A stretch of 5,571 nucleotides of DNA, taken from an archaeon. Its GTDB lineage: Archaea > Iainarchaeota > Iainarchaeia > Iainarchaeales > CSSED10-239. Below, one piece after another: positions 5,517 to 5,571 of this stretch (within the stretch, counting starts at the first letter, position 1; every line of letters starts with the position of its first letter). A program made the translations under genes and the position numbers. The notes beneath the pieces were generated by a model that was given only the letters and a program-made list of their open reading frames with translations, was not told the origin of the DNA and made no database searches. The stretch spans positions 1 through 5,571 of the forward strand of contig JBAYPN010000037.1 in the NCBI GenBank assembly GCA_041677685.1, read 5' to 3'.

Positions 5517-5556
5517 TTTAAAAAATCAGAATGAAATTTATTTAAAAAATCAGAAT
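5517..5556. repeat. 16-bp exact direct repeat x2, TTTAAAAAATCAGAAT
   Basis: Copies at 5517-5532 and 5541-5556 have a 24-bp period. They lie at the window edge, so context is missing. Confidence 0.8.
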
Positions 5557-5571
5557 AAATATATGTATCTT

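Overview
This is a very AT-rich window with GC-rich tRNA genes, and the gene content points to an archaeon. It carries aTrm56, transcription factor E, and an initiator tRNA with an A1:U72 pair; none of the tRNA genes encodes a 3' CCA. Gene order is: a modular tandem repeat (34-137), bacterial-type mutS (216-2651, minus), and a minus-strand tRNA cluster Lys(UUU)-Lys(CUU)-Phe(GAA) (2711-2970). A divergent promoter region follows, then trm56 (3094-3636, plus), tfe (3677-4249, plus) and tRNA-iMet (4310-4384, plus). After that comes an unusually long 517-bp non-coding region and an orphan 181-aa ORF (4902-5447, plus). The most interesting signal is in that long intergenic region. All nine exact copies of TAATTAC in the window lie within 4467-4868. 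The promoter-proximal copies form three 18-bp double sites (ATAATTAC-N-GTAATTAC) spaced 31 and 30 bp apart, running directly into the TATA-like box of the orphan ORF. I read this as an operator, iteron or centromere-like array, possibly bound by the orphan protein and possibly part of an accessory element next to the tRNA gene. Lineage cannot be assigned more precisely from this window (possibly DPANN-like or another low-GC archaeon). All functional calls rest on motif recognition by eye, not on database searches.
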